Below are positions 26,494-38,215 of a stretch of DNA of 64,000 nt, one piece after another. Under the pieces are notes generated by a model, which had not been told where the DNA came from, did no database searches, and saw nothing but the letters and a program-made list of their open reading frames with translations. The translations under genes were made by a program, and so were the position numbers. The stretch comes from Prorocentrum cordatum (Eukaryota), in assembly GCA_963575745.1 (NCBI GenBank), contig CAUYUJ010000146.1, forward strand, positions 1 to 64,000, given 5' to 3'. How positions within the stretch are numbered: the stretch's first letter is position 1; the number at the start of each line of letters is the position of its first letter.

Positions 26494-27879
26494 GATCCCT
26501 TCCCCCCTGAGCCGACGCGTGTTCTCTGGCCAGCCTCGAGGCCCGCAGAGGGCCCCGCGAGGCCCACCAGCGACGAGGAGCCTGCGCGCCCCGATGGCTT
26601 CTTGGCGCCAGATGCCTTCGCCCGTCTGTTTGTTGGTTCTCATGCATTCTGTATTTTGTTTATCTTGTTGTTATCTTGTCCGAAGGATTGCAAACAAACC
26701 CATCGTTCAAGGGAGTTTTTTTTTGCAATCCTTCGTTCAAGGGAGGTTTTTTTTGCAATCCATCGTTTGTTTCATTCGATATTGTTGTTATATTGTTGTT
26801 ATCTTGTTGTTTCGATATTTTGTTTATCTTGTTGTTATCTTGTATCGATTGTTCATTCGTACTTTTGTTTATATTGTTGTTATCTTGTATCTTGTATATT
26901 TTGTTTATCTTGTTATTTATATTGTGTTTGTTCCATTCGATCGTTCATATGTGTGTTGCTTCTACTTGTTTTGCTGTTTGTTTTTCTGCTGTTATCTGCT
27001 TCGGCACCGAATCGGATCGATCGGACCGGAGTGGGCCCCCGCCGCGGGGCGGGGCGGGACGCGCGGACGTGGGAAGGAGGAGGAGGAGGAGGAGGAGGGG
27101 AGGAGGAGGAGTGAGGAGAGGAGCAGAGGAGGAGCAGGAGGAGGAGCAGGAGGAAGGAGGAGGGAACGAGGAGGAGTAGGAGGAGGAGGAGGATGAGGAG
27201 GGTGGGGCGCCTGTCCGCGTCTGGCTTGCCCACCTGGTCTCTGCACTCCTGGCACCACCACTTGCCCAGCGGGCCCTCGTAGTACCTCGGACGAGCAAGG
27301 CGAGGAGTGCGCCCACTGCTCCTCCTCCTCCTCCTCCTCCTCATCCTCCACCTCCTTCCTCCTCCTCCCTCCTCCTCCCTCCTCTTCCTCCCTCCTCCTC
27401 CTTCCTTTCCGCCTCCTCCTCCTCCTCCTCTTCCTCCTCCTCCTCCTCCTCCTCCTCCTCCTCCTCCTCCTCCTCCTCCTCCTCCTCCTCCTCCTCCCCC
27501 CCTCCCCGCTCCTCCTCGTCCTCGTCCTCGTCCTCGTCCTCCTCATGCTTCTCCTCATCCACCTCCCTCTCTCTCTCCCTCTCCCCCCCTGTGTCTTCTG
27601 TGTCCTACTGGAACGAGTCCCGCTCTGCAAAATTCGATTGCCTACCTAGGAGCCTTCCCGAGACAGGAGTGCCACCGAATTTCATGCGCGGGCCCGCTCG
27701 CGTGGCGCGTCGTTTCCCCGCGGGGGGAGGAGGCCCTCGGATGTTTCGAACAGATTTCCAAACAGCTCTCTGAAGTTTCGGGGGGTCTCTCCTCTTCCCC
27801 TTCCTTCTTTTCCTCCTTCCCGCTCGCTCTCGAACCGTCAGAACCCCCTCGGGCTCTACAACACTTAGCCATGACTGTA

Positions 27880-27907
27880 ATCCAGAAACCGCATTAAAGT
27901 GATCATT
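27880..27907 (+). repeat. Left terminal inverted repeat (28 bp)
   Basis: TA|ATCCAGAAACCGCATTAAAGTGATCATT; matches the right TIR at 27/28 positions. Confidence 0.92.
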
Positions 27908-27919
27908 TGTTTTTTCGCC

Positions 27920-28005
27920 CCCCCCTCTGTCACAGAGGGGGTCAAATATGCCCCCCCTCTGTCACAGAGGGGTTCCCAGATGCCCCCCCTCTGTCACGGA
28001 GGACC
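27920..28005. repeat. Left subterminal array of palindrome CCTCTGTCACAGAGG (3 copies)
   Basis: Copies at about 27924, 27956 and 27988 (the third is degenerate), about 32 bp apart. Confidence 0.85.
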
Positions 28006-28857
28006 TCGTTCTGGGTGCTCTTCTGCCACGGGAGCTCCCGATACGATTGGAGACGATAAAATGTGATAGCGGGATGGGGGATTGGAGGGGGAGGGAGAAG
28101 AAAACGATGAAGGAGAGGAGGCAACGACAGCACCGATGAAAGCACCGTTTCTTTTTCGTTCTCCGCTCGGGCAGCGGTCGCCGAGCACGACGGCGCGCGC
28201 GAGTCGCCGCCGCTCACGATGCATTGGCAAGGCCTCCGCTGCTGCGGAGGGTCGACGTTCGGCCGATGAGGCCTCCCTCCGCTGCTGCGGAGGGGCGGCT
28301 CCTGTGCGATGGTTCAACTAAGCTTTTCCCAGGGATTGGTTTCGGGGGGGGGTTCGACCCACCTCCAAGTCGTGGTCGCGACCTCCCAGTGCCCCTGGCC
28401 GCTACTCCACCCACTGTGGCTGCTCCACCAGTCACTGGGGCGTTGGTCGCTGCCGAATGCAACTTGCATGTCGCGCCAGGCGGAGTCGACCATGCGGTCC
28501 TGCAGCGAGGAAGCCTCGCCGCTCGGCTGTTGCCACTCGCGCTCCTCGCCCTCCTTGGTGCGCCACCACTCATCCCTGCGCCACTCCTCCGTCTGTTGGT
28601 TGCTGCCGTGGCGTTTGTGGCCTCCGCTGCTGCGGGGGCTCTGGCGGCTCGTGGCCGAGGGCAGCGATCGCGTCCGAGATGTAGCTGGCGGCGCCGCGCT
28701 GCCCTCGCTGCTCCAGCGGCGCAGGCCCTGGAGATGGGCACTGCGGGGTCGGCTGCCACCTTGGGGGTGATAAATAATTATTTCTATATCCCCTCCCTGT
28801 CAACTCCCGCCCCTTCCCGACACTCATTTCCTTATGTCATCCCTCGTCCTGCTCAGC

Positions 28858-30927
28858 CTATTCCTCATTCCCTCTCCTCCCTCCTGCCCTCCCCGTGCTC
28901 CACCGCCCCTCTCCCCCCCTCCCCCTTTCAACCCCCCGCCGCGACCTTCCATCGCCAGCCGCGGGCATGTCGCGGCCGTCGTCCGCGCTTTCGTCTGCCC
29001 ATCTTGGTGGGCGCCACGCCTGTTGGGCGCGCTCGTCTTGCTCGCCCCTCTCGCTGTGCTGCTCTGGTGCCTGGCGCTCGGGTCCGTGCTGCTCGGGCGG
29101 CAGCGGCGCCCTGAGCGCAGCTGCCAGCCGTTTCTGGGCGCGCCTGTCCTTCTTCTCTTTGGCTCTCTCCTGCTTCCTCCCCTGCGAACGCACGCTGGCC
29201 ATGCGCATTTGGAACAGGAGAGGGTAGTGGGCGCCGCCGTGCCAGCGCCCCTCCACCTCCACGGTCTCTGGCGGGAACGTCTTCTGCAACGCGCGGAAGA
29301 GGGTCACCTCGCGATTACTAGAGAAGCGGTGGCCCCCTCTAGCCTCAGCCTCGGCGCGCCTCAGTTTCTCACCCTCCTTCTCTTGGATCTTGCGTTGGCA
29401 TTCCTCTGACTGAGTCAGTAAATCCTGAAGGTGCTCGCGGGCGTCTTTTTTCGGGTAGTAGCAAGAGTAAGGCATCCCAGGGCCTCCGTTCTGGCTGTGG
29501 TGCCAGTACGTCGGCTGCGATGATGGGCTGGTGGAGGCCCCCGCTGCTGCGGGGGCCTCTGCCTTGCTTCTGTTACGGTACCCGATCTCACCGATCACCG
29601 ACTTGCGTGCGAAGAGCAACCCCGTCTCGTCTCTGTCGTGCACGGCGCTCAGCGGCCAGCACAGGGTGTACTCGCCAGGCCTGTTGAGAACGAAGATGCC
29701 GCAGCTGTCCAAGCACGGAGTGCCGTCCAATCCGCGCCAGAAGTACGCTGCTGCCGTCTCCAATCGCATGCCTAGACCCCGAAGACTCGGCAGCGCCTGT
29801 GTGAGCGCCATGTTGAAATCCCCACAAAGGATGTCAACGCTGTTGTCCTGCAAGATGGTCGCCAACCTCGGCCACCACGTCTTGTGAGCCTCGTTGAAGC
29901 CTCTGGATTTTTTCGCCGTGTCGCGGTGGAGGTGCACCGCGCACTCCCGCACTTTCGAACCGAAGTGGGCGTAGGTTTGATCGAAGTAGATCTCAACCAC
30001 CATGATCCTCGAGAACGCTTCCATCTTGCGCCCTTTTGCTGTTCTGTAGTGGCCGTCGACACTCCTTTCCCAGCGGAGCAGCCGCATTTCGTAACACAGA
30101 TTTGCGCGCGCAGCGATGCACAAGGACTTGTCCTCACGCCCGCGCAGGGTCAAGTATTCGTACTCTGGTCGATTCTGGAGCTGTTGGCAATCGCCAACAC
30201 TCGCAGCACGACTTCCTCTTGCTGTCGCCATCGCTGCTGCGGGGGCGACAAAAGGCCCACCGCTGCTGCTGCTTTGGCCCTCCGCTGCTGACGCCCCCGC
30301 TGCTGCGGGGGCGTCCGCCTGCAGCGGCGGTGGTCTCCCTGGCCGCTGTAGGATTGACTCCATCTGCTCCTCACATTCCGCAAAGCACGCCACGAGAGCA
30401 GGGCAATGCCGCAGCTGCAACTCAAGTCTCCGCCGCTGGTCCGCGTGGTTGGTCTCGCTCGGCATGGGGCCCCAGTTCCCGAACAGGACGGAAAGGTTGC
30501 CCACGTTGTCGTTCCGTGGCCTGTTCACGTCAGCCGCTCTTCTTTCGCAGAAGAATTTTGGCGGGACGGTGTCGCGAAGAACGCATTCGCGCCGCTCGAC
30601 GTCGTTGGGCGGCCTGCAGCCCCTAAATTCCTGAGGCTCTTCGTCATCGCTCGGATCCACCACGGAGTCGCCTGGGCGGGTGCGTATCGTAGAAACTTCT
30701 GATCGCGCCGCCGCTGCTGAGCTTGAGACGCCGGGCGGCGCAGCCCCCGCTGCTTCGGGGGCGCCCTCTGGCACAAGGGCCCAAGGACCCTTCCAGGGTT
30801 CTGCCTGACCACCTACAGGTCGCCAAACCTTCCCAGATTTCGCTGCGAACACTGCCGTCAGTCGGCCCCGAGGCCCCGCTGCTGCGGGGCCCAATGGGCT
30901 GCTGCTGCTGCTGGTGGCCGCGGCCAT
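28858..30927 (-). CDS. EEP (endonuclease/exonuclease/phosphatase, APE-like) domain protein, cargo
   Basis: 689 aa with EEP-like motifs in order: LFGNWG, FAECE, AVHLH, ILCGDFNMA, LDSCGIF, GAHYPL. Confidence 0.75.
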   Translation of the reverse strand: MAAATSSSSSPLGPAAAGPRGRLTAVFAAKSGKVWRPVGGQAEPWKGPWALVPEGAPEAAGAAPPGVSSSAAAARSEVSTIRTRPGDSVVDPSDDEEPQEFRGCRPPNDVERRECVLRDTVPPKFFCERRAADVNRPRNDNVGNLSVLFGNWGPMPSETNHADQRRRLELQLRHCPALVACFAECEEQMESILQRPGRPPPLQADAPAAAGASAAEGQSSSSGGPFVAPAAAMATARGSRAASVGDCQQLQNRPEYEYLTLRGREDKSLCIAARANLCYEMRLLRWERSVDGHYRTAKGRKMEAFSRIMVVEIYFDQTYAHFGSKVRECAVHLHRDTAKKSRGFNEAHKTWWPRLATILQDNSVDILCGDFNMALTQALPSLRGLGMRLETAAAYFWRGLDGTPCLDSCGIFVLNRPGEYTLCWPLSAVHDRDETGLLFARKSVIGEIGYRNRSKAEAPAAAGASTSPSSQPTYWHHSQNGGPGMPYSCYYPKKDAREHLQDLLTQSEECQRKIQEKEGEKLRRAEAEARGGHRFSSNREVTLFRALQKTFPPETVEVEGRWHGGAHYPLLFQMRMASVRSQGRKQERAKEKKDRRAQKRLAAALRAPLPPEQHGPERQAPEQHSERGEQDERAQQAWRPPRWADESADDGRDMPAAGDGRSRRGVERGRGGEGRWSTGRAGGRRGNEE

Positions 30928-31059
30928 CGCTCCCTGCCCCCGCGTTGCAGGGGGGGGCGGCCGTCAGAGCCGAACTCCTGGGGCCGAAACGGCGGTGGAA
31001 GGAGGGGGGCGGGGCGAAGAGGAGGAAGACGGGGCGGATAGGGAAGGAAAGGGCGGGCA

Positions 31060-31300
<241 letters not shown>

Positions 31301-31637
31301 GAATGATATAATGACCAGGAGAGATCAGGGAGAAGGAGGGGGGAGAGCAGGAGGAGGGGCGGAGTGATCGACACCCGCGTGGTTTTCTCCCCCTGCCTGC
31401 TCTCCCCCTCCTCTCACCTCCTCCCCCGTCCCCCCTCCTCCCTGTTTCTTCTGCGCAAGGCCTGCGCTACGTCCGCGCGCGCACGCGGCACCTCAGTCGC
31501 AGGCAGGTGGAAGAGCAGTGGCTGCTGCCCGAACTCACACCCCGCGCCTCGCCGCTGCTGCGGCGGGCCGCGCCTCTCAGAGGCCCCCAGCTGCAGGGAG
31601 CGCAAGCGCCAGGGAGCCAGACAGACGGCGTCGCGTC

Positions 31638-34616
31638 TCACTGTGCACAAACATGCTGAAAGCTCTCGGGTTGCCCCCCCAAGTACTCGTCAATGACGTT
31701 CTGCAACCATGTGGCAAACGTCTCCGGCCACTTTCCACCGAAGTCCTCCATGCCAGCGGCGTCCCACTCCCGCCGAAACCAGTCAAAATCTGACCGCTGA
31801 GCTGCAGAAAGCCCAGAACCCAAAATCGCAAGGCGATTCAGCGCGTCGTACCTCGACGTTCGACCCGCCACGCCTCCGCAGCTGCGAAGGCCCGCGCCCA
31901 GCTCGGATAACCCGACATGCTTCATCCTGTGTTTGATATCTATGGCTGCCTCTGCGTCTAAGAGTTTGGCTTGCTGTGTCCTCAGCAGCTTGCGCGCTTT
32001 CTTTACGTCGTCCCCCAGGCGGGTTAGCTCTTCTCTGCGCCGCGCCTCGACATCCCGCTGTCGTTTCTCGTTTCTGAGCGTCGCCTCGCGGGCGTCCTCG
32101 TATGCTGCGAGGGCTCGCTGAACCCCAGGATCTTCCTTCGACACTTCACGCACTCGCCTCCGTTCTTTCCGTAATTGCGTCTCCATGAACGTGGCCCCCG
32201 CGATGTCGCCCCAGCTGCGCAACTCCTCAGCGATCGACGAATGCGTTCTCATCAATTCAGACGTCTGCTCCGCAGTTTCCATACGAGACGTCGACAGGCC
32301 AGGCGGTGCCTCCAGCGCGCTCTCCCCCGCCGCTGCTGCGGTGAGACTTTGATTGGCCCATTCGTAGTCAAACTCGCCAGCGGCGCTCCACCCGTCGTCG
32401 TCCTCGCTCCCATCATCTTCATCTCCTTCGAGGGCGTCGACGGAATTGCCACCCTCAGTGCCCCCGCTGCTGCGGAGACCCTCGGCTGCGTCTTCCGCCC
32501 CCTCCATGCCATGCCAAATCTTGTCGCCCTCGTCCAGAGCCGTGTCGTCTCCAAGGTTTGCGAACACGTCGTCGCAGTGGCCGCGTCGAGGGCGCGGGAG
32601 GACCAATCGCATGATGTCTTTGTAAGTCCATCTCAAGCGCCCCGCCTGTACCTCTTCTTCGACCTCCGCTACTGCGGCGGCGACCTTCTCACGCATCCCC
32701 AACTTTCTCCAGAAATGGCCTGCCTCCTTGCACATGCGCGCGTCCAAGTCCGCATCCCGCAGATTTGCCTTGAAACCAGTTTCCCAGTACCAGTCTGCCG
32801 CAGCCAAGTGAAGACTCATTTGGAACATCACTTCCACCATCAAGTCAATGCATTCTAACTTGTCCAGCTGTGGGACGCACTGGCCCAGCCTCATGGCTCT
32901 CAGCAGCGCGGCTCCTTCTCTCTTCATGTACTCGCGCTTGGCGTGTTGATTCAGATGTGTGTCCACAGTTTGGAGGATTGGGGTCACGCCGCCCCCGTGC
33001 GGGATGAACACGTACCCTCGAGACCAACACAGCTTACTCACAAGCGGGGACAAGTGAGGGCCATGATCATCCGCCATCATAATTCTCCACTCCCGCTGCT
33101 GCGGAGGCTCTGGCAGATGAGGGAGGTGGCGGTCCAGGTACGCGAGCACGCACGGTGTCCGGTAAGACCCCTTGGTGCTGGTGGTCGCCGACACCCATCT
33201 GCCGAACCCTCGGCGCCGAAGGTGTTCGAGCAGGCGCGGCCTCAACTTCTCTCCTCCCCCCTCCGCCTTGAACATGCACTCCATCGGTGGGGGGCCTTCT
33301 CTCCGCAGTCGATCCTTGTCGCTCATTGTCATGAAATTGGCCGTCCACCGCTCCCGCACCGCGCCGTGGCACTCCACCAGTGGCACTTCGACCCCCGCTA
33401 CTGCGAGGGTCCTCACGCCAGCTGATCCTGTTTCATTGTGGTGGAAAGGCGACTGGTCGAAGTTCTCCATCTCGGGATCCTGCTCGTTGAGTAGCACGCA
33501 CGCGGCGCGCGCCCTAAACACGTTCAGCCAGCCTCGCTCGAGGCGCTCTTCCAAGACGGGCAGCGGGCACTTGTACTTCCTGTTCGGGTACCGCATGCTG
33601 AGGCCGTATTCCTTGCGCCAGGAGGCCCACCAGCGCGACCTCAACTCCACGGCGGCGGGTCGCTGCCCGATCCGCAGCTGCTGCGTGACGTACTCGCTCA
33701 TGAGCTCCAACGCTTTGGTCTGGAGCATGCTTTGCGTGAACCTTGCTATCTTCGCTGGCTCTCTTTGGGTACTTCGCAGTCCACTTTTGATCATCTTCCA
33801 ATCCACACTGTGCCGAATGGAACTCCACCATTCAAACAGAGCTTGCCGCAGCCAAGGGCATTTTCGAGCTGGGCCCTGTCCCTGTTGTGGTATCCTTTTC
33901 CGCCCTTTCCACTTCAGGAGGCGCCCCTGCCCGTGCTGCTTCTCGTGTCCCCGCGGCTGCCGAACAGCCTCCGCTACTGCGGAGGCGTATTTCGACGACA
34001 GAAAAGCCTTGTGCCAGCGCCGCACAACGTGCGTGCGCTTCCTGAGAGGGAGACGGGACATGGAACCCCAGTCCCACGCATCCATGAATGAACGCGCCCC
34101 TCCATACGGAAAGCGGTCTCCAGGCGTCCAGCCTAAAGAGCGCATGTGCTCGTCGAAAGCACCCGCTATCTCCATCCTCGAGCACAGGAGCGACGGGACC
34201 ACCACGCGCTTCTTGTTCTGGGCGGGGGCTTTGCGCTCGCAGCCGCGGTTCCTGTACCTCAAGAGCTGCTCCTCCCGCTCTGCGGGCATCAACTCCCGAG
34301 CTACGTCCAGGGCGCACGCAGCGTCTGTCAGTCCTGTCCACCATTGGATGGCTTGCACGAGCTCCTGACAGACAGCCTCGGCGTCGACTTCCACCACTGC
34401 CAAGTCCTCAGGTGGCGCCGCCGCTGCTGCGGCGGCAACGCCCTGTGCTCTCGGAGGGGCGGCGTGGCCAGGCTGCGGGACAAGTTCTTCGTCGTCTAAG
34501 GCGCTCTGCAGGCGACGAAGCTCCTGGACGTCATCCTGCGTGACTTCTTGTGTCAGGACCATCGCGTCGAGGAACCGCGCCAGACGCACCCTTTGCACGA
34601 TGTAGTCCGCGATGTC
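31638..34616 (-). CDS. pogo-like DDE transposase (CENP-B-type HTH plus DD35D catalytic domain); probable exon 2
   Basis: Open 997-aa ORF. HTH-like LRQALFEWW...LQTKALEL...SRWWASWRKEYGLSMR. Catalytic motifs NFDQSP, MMADDHGPH and GVTPILQTVDTHLN, with 35 residues between the second and third Asp as in pogo/Fot1. Confidence 0.9.
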   Translation of the reverse strand, partial: DIADYIVQRVRLARFLDAMVLTQEVTQDDVQELRRLQSALDDEELVPQPGHAAPPRAQGVAAAAAAAPPEDLAVVEVDAEAVCQELVQAIQWWTGLTDAACALDVARELMPAEREEQLLRYRNRGCERKAPAQNKKRVVVPSLLCSRMEIAGAFDEHMRSLGWTPGDRFPYGGARSFMDAWDWGSMSRLPLRKRTHVVRRWHKAFLSSKYASAVAEAVRQPRGHEKQHGQGRLLKWKGRKRIPQQGQGPARKCPWLRQALFEWWSSIRHSVDWKMIKSGLRSTQREPAKIARFTQSMLQTKALELMSEYVTQQLRIGQRPAAVELRSRWWASWRKEYGLSMRYPNRKYKCPLPVLEERLERGWLNVFRARAACVLLNEQDPEMENFDQSPFHHNETGSAGVRTLAVAGVEVPLVECHGAVRERWTANFMTMSDKDRLRREGPPPMECMFKAEGGGEKLRPRLLEHLRRRGFGRWVSATTSTKGSYRTPCVLAYLDRHLPHLPEPPQQREWRIMMADDHGPHLSPLVSKLCWSRGYVFIPHGGGVTPILQTVDTHLNQHAKREYMKREGAALLRAMRLGQCVPQLDKLECIDLMVEVMFQMSLHLAAADWYWETGFKANLRDADLDARMCKEAGHFWRKLGMREKVAAAVAEVEEEVQAGRLRWTYKDIMRLVLPRPRRGHCDDVFANLGDDTALDEGDKIWHGMEGAEDAAEGLRSSGGTEGGNSVDALEGDEDDGSEDDDGWSAAGEFDYEWANQSLTAAAAGESALEAPPGLSTSRMETAEQTSELMRTHSSIAEELRSWGDIAGATFMETQLRKERRRVREVSKEDPGVQRALAAYEDAREATLRNEKRQRDVEARRREELTRLGDDVKKARKLLRTQQAKLLDAEAAIDIKHRMKHVGLSELGAGLRSCGGVAGRTSRYDALNRLAILGSGLSAAQRSDFDWFRREWDAAGMEDFGGKWPETFATWLQNVIDEYLGGQPESFQHVCAQ

Positions 34617-34790
34617 CTGGCGGGCGGGCATGGAGGAGGGGCAAGGAGACTCGGTGGTGAGGGCACGAGGGGGGAGAAGGGCGGGATGGGAGAGGCATGA
34701 AGGAAAAATGGGGAGACAAGGAGGGGAAGAGCATGTGGGGGCAGCAGAGATGGAAGCGAAGGATCAGGGTGGTCGGAGAGAGCAACTGTC
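34617..34790 (-). other. Putative 174-nt phase-0 intron, GA...AG
   Basis: Minus strand reads CAG|GACAG...CAG|GACATC; the interior is pyrimidine-rich; removal yields in-frame ELRQ-DIADYI. Confidence 0.7.
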
Positions 34791-36251
34791 CTGGCGGAGC
34801 TCCCTGCGAGACTCTCGCGTGGAAACCTCCTGGGTCATCTGCAGCATGCAATCCAAACCGCAATCCCCGTCTGCGACTGTGGACGCGACGAACGCACCGA
34901 GAGCCGAATAGAAACCGTCCACCGTCGAAGCATCTCCCGTGAAATCCACAAAGTCGGTGGAGACGCCTGCGATAAAATGATTGCATAGAAACAAAGGATA
35001 CTCCTCCGACACGGGGGCCCAGTCCGGTGGCCCCGATTCTCGGGGGGCGGCGCAACGCGCGATCGCGTCCACCGCAGGCTCGCGGGTTAACTCCTCTAGT
35101 TTCCACGGCGGCAAGACAGCTTTGCAAAGGTCGACTCTGTTGCGTCCTTCCCACGCGTAGACGCGCACCTTCCGCAGAAGCGCAAAGATTACGAAAGCAG
35201 AATACCCTATCCACTCTCGGCCTCCCCCCGGCCTTCCGCGAATACTGCGCGACAACTTCATCAATTTCTCGAAGCACCTCTGGCCTTGTTCTGAAAGTGC
35301 CCCTGCAGGCGCCCCCGCTGCTGCGGGGGCGCCTGCAGGGGCAACCGCAGCGCCTGCTGTCGCGGCTGTCTGTTCACAGGCGGTCACTGCAGCAACTTCC
35401 GCCCCTGGAAGCACGGGTTCCGCTATGTCGCGAACAGCAAGCGGGGCGGGTTGGGGGAAAGCGACAGGGGCAACCTCCTTTGCTGAGAGAGCTGCTGTTG
35501 CCGCGGAGTCCTTCAAGGCAGACTCCACTGCGGAAGCGGCCTCGGCGATTGCGTCGGCGCCATGCGCGCCAGCAGGACCTACGGACGCCTCCGCTGTGGC
35601 GGGCTCTGCAGAAGGGCACGCGCACGGCGCCGCCGCCACTTCAGGAGGAGGCGCGCACGCTTCCGCTGACGCACCCGCTGCTGCGGGGCCGTCAGAAGAG
35701 CCCACATACGGCTCCGCTGCCACTTCAGCAGGGGCCACGCACGCCTCCGCTGACGGCCCCGCTGCTGCGGGGCCTTCAGCAGGGCCCACCGACGGCTCCG
35801 CTGCCGCTTCAGCAGGGGCCTCGCACGCCTCGGCCGGCGCCTCCGCTGCTGCGGGGGCTCCCGCTCCTGCGGGCCACCCGCCCGCGCATTGCACTAAATG
35901 CCAGGGCGCTTGCAAGTCTGACCACTTATTGTAGTCCACGGAACCGTCCGCCAGACGATGGTCGCTGGGACACGGCCACTGCGAGCAGAAATGAATCTTC
36001 TTACATATGCGTCTGCCAGAGTCATAATGGCAAGCCGCGCCGCTGCTGCGGCGCATAACGTACCCGAATCCGAATATTGTCCCCTTTAGTTTCCGTGGGT
36101 TCATGAGCACTCTGTCGGGGTCTTTCTTTTTGTCTTCTTGGTACCAAAACTCCACAAATTCGTTGGCCTCGCGGTCGTGCCCGACTCGCAGAGGCGCGTT
36201 TGCAGGGCGAGCGTCTCCTGGGTCTGGAGGCGGAGCGGCTGCGGCTGCCAT
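34791..36251 (-). CDS. OTU-like cysteine protease-containing exon (probable exon 1 of the transposase gene)
   Basis: Part of ORF 34764..37076, likely starting at MAAAAAPPPD (36251). Contains EWIGYSAF..., CNHFIAG and TVADGDCGLDCM...RELRQ, which continues as DIADYI in the transposase ORF. Confidence 0.7.
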
Positions 36252-37129
36252 GATGCCGAAGCCATGCGCGCGCACGCGCGGCCGCCCTCTGGTCTCGAGC
36301 CCAGCGCTGCAGGGCAAGCAAACGGCCGCATCCCCCCACAAGGAGGATGTACAAGGGGGCGGGAGGAACGAGGAACAAGGGAGATATGCGGGGACCAGCG
36401 GACACACGCCTGAAAAAACACGACCGTCGGCATGCTTCGCGAGGGTTGCTGCTGTGAGATGGGCTGGTGAGGAGGGGCCCGAACGACTCGCACCAGGACG
36501 AGCGGCCCGAACGACGCGCAGAAAACTCAGAAGCATGCACACACGAACGAACGCCCCGAACGACTCCGAGAACACTCCCCAGAAAGCAAGGCCAGAATGT
36601 AGGAAGTCGTCGACGTCGTCGTCGAGGGAAGGCGAACGCGGCACGGGGGATGATGATAGTCTCCTCTTCCACCGTGAAGCAAGAGCCCCCCCAAAAAAAG
36701 CGGGCCGCTCGGGCGTTTGTATTAGACGCCAAAAGTGCAACATTCCTGCAGGCCGCCTCTGCAGGAATTGAGGCGCAGCCCCTCCCGCAGCCGCGCTGCG
36801 GATGCGCCAGCGGGCGCGGGGGAGCGGCGGCGGCGCCAGCGCGCAGCTGGTAGCTGTCCCCTCCTCCCCCCCCATCATGGCGATGATGAGAATGATGAGC
36901 ATCCTACGATGATGAGGCCCTATGTCCTGTCCCAGAGTCTCGGGCCCCGCCCTGGGCCGCGGGCCACGCCCCTGCGACCGTGTTATATATACATACATAT
37001 ATATATATATAAATACACACATATACGTATGTACATACATATACGTCGACACACCATACATACACAATATATACATATATGCATCATGTAATCAGTCAGC
37101 GGAGGCCCGACGCCGCCCAAGACGACCGC

Positions 37130-37815
37130 ACGGAGCGAGAGGCAGAGCGTGCCTCGAGACAATATTTTCTGTTTCTCAGGGGTTTTCTCTGGTTGGCGAC
37201 GCGCCGCCACCTGCTTCGCTTTCGATGCGCCCTTCACGGTTCCGAGGAGATCCGCCATGGGATCCCGACCTTTTTCTCCCGCTGCTGCGGGAGATCCTGC
37301 TGCAACCCCCGCTGCTGCGGAAGCGTTTTTCACAGGAGTCGACGCTTCATCCACGTTGTCTCCTTCTCCGACGCGAAGCTTCCCAAGCACTTGCTCTAAC
37401 ATTGTCGTTTCGTTCAAGGCGCCCTTCACGGCACTGAGACCACGGACCACCTTGAGCATGCACAGGCGGTGCTTTCCGACGGGCACGAAGGCTTCTAGGC
37501 TTTCCTCGCCGCCAAAGGGAACATAGCGCTCCTCAAATTCCAGAGCAAATCCCGATGCTCCCTCGTGACTTCGGCACAGTCCGCCCGTCGCGCAGAGCAC
37601 CCCCATGCTCGCGTCATCTTGGCGCGCTGCTTTCCCGATAACGACATCCCGCCATGTTTCCGATGCCTTGCGTTTCATGCCGCCGCGCGCAAGCCCTCGC
37701 TGCTGCGAAGGCGCCCGCGTTCTAGGTGTCAACTCCCCTCACTGGTGGCCCGCCTGAAAACGGCTATGGGAAGCGGACTCCTCGTCTCGAACAAATCCTC
37801 CTACTTCTCATCGGA
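37130..37815 (-). pseudogene. Truncated duplicate of the 5' part of the 318-aa gene
   Basis: Highly similar to about 39020-39670 (MKRKASETWRDV vs MKRKAEDTWREV); breaks off before the AT microsatellite. Confidence 0.75.
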
Positions 37816-37849
37816 CTCCAAAACCTAACCACTTCTTGTGGTCGCTTTT

Positions 37850-38215
37850 CCACGGCCACTGCGAGCATAAATGAATATTCTTCCATGTGCGTTTGCCATA
37901 TTCATAATGGCAAGCCGCGCCGCTGCTGCGGCGCATAACGCAATTACCCGAATCCGAATATTGGTCTCTGTAGTTTCCGCGGATTCATGAGCACTCTGTC
38001 GGGGTCTTTAGTTTTGTCTTGTTGCTATAAAAAACTCCACATTCGTTGACCTCGCGGTCGTGCCCGACCCGCAGAGGCGCGTTTGCAGGGCGGGCGTCGC
38101 CTGGGTCTGGGGGCGGAGCGGCTGCGGCGGCCATGATGCCGAAGCCATGCGCGCGCGCACGCGGCCGCCCTCCTGTCTCGAGCCCAGCGCCGCAGGGCAA
38201 GCAAACGGCCGCATC
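37850..38215 (-). pseudogene. Frameshifted duplicate of the start of the OTU/transposase exon 1
   Basis: Similar to 35970-36335 (MAAAAAPPPDPGDARPANAPLRVGHDRE). Confidence 0.75.

Noticed and set aside
18985..27600. Numerous poly-E/P/R ORFs
   Set aside because: Derived from (GGA)n, (GAT)n and (TA)n microsatellites.
33172..34368. Plus-strand ORFs overlapping the transposase, copia pol and cargo genes
   Set aside because: Antisense shadows typical of GC-rich coding DNA.
36252..37076. N-terminal extension of the 770-aa ORF
   Set aside because: Starts in an AT microsatellite with a UTR-like translation; Met 36251 is the more plausible start.
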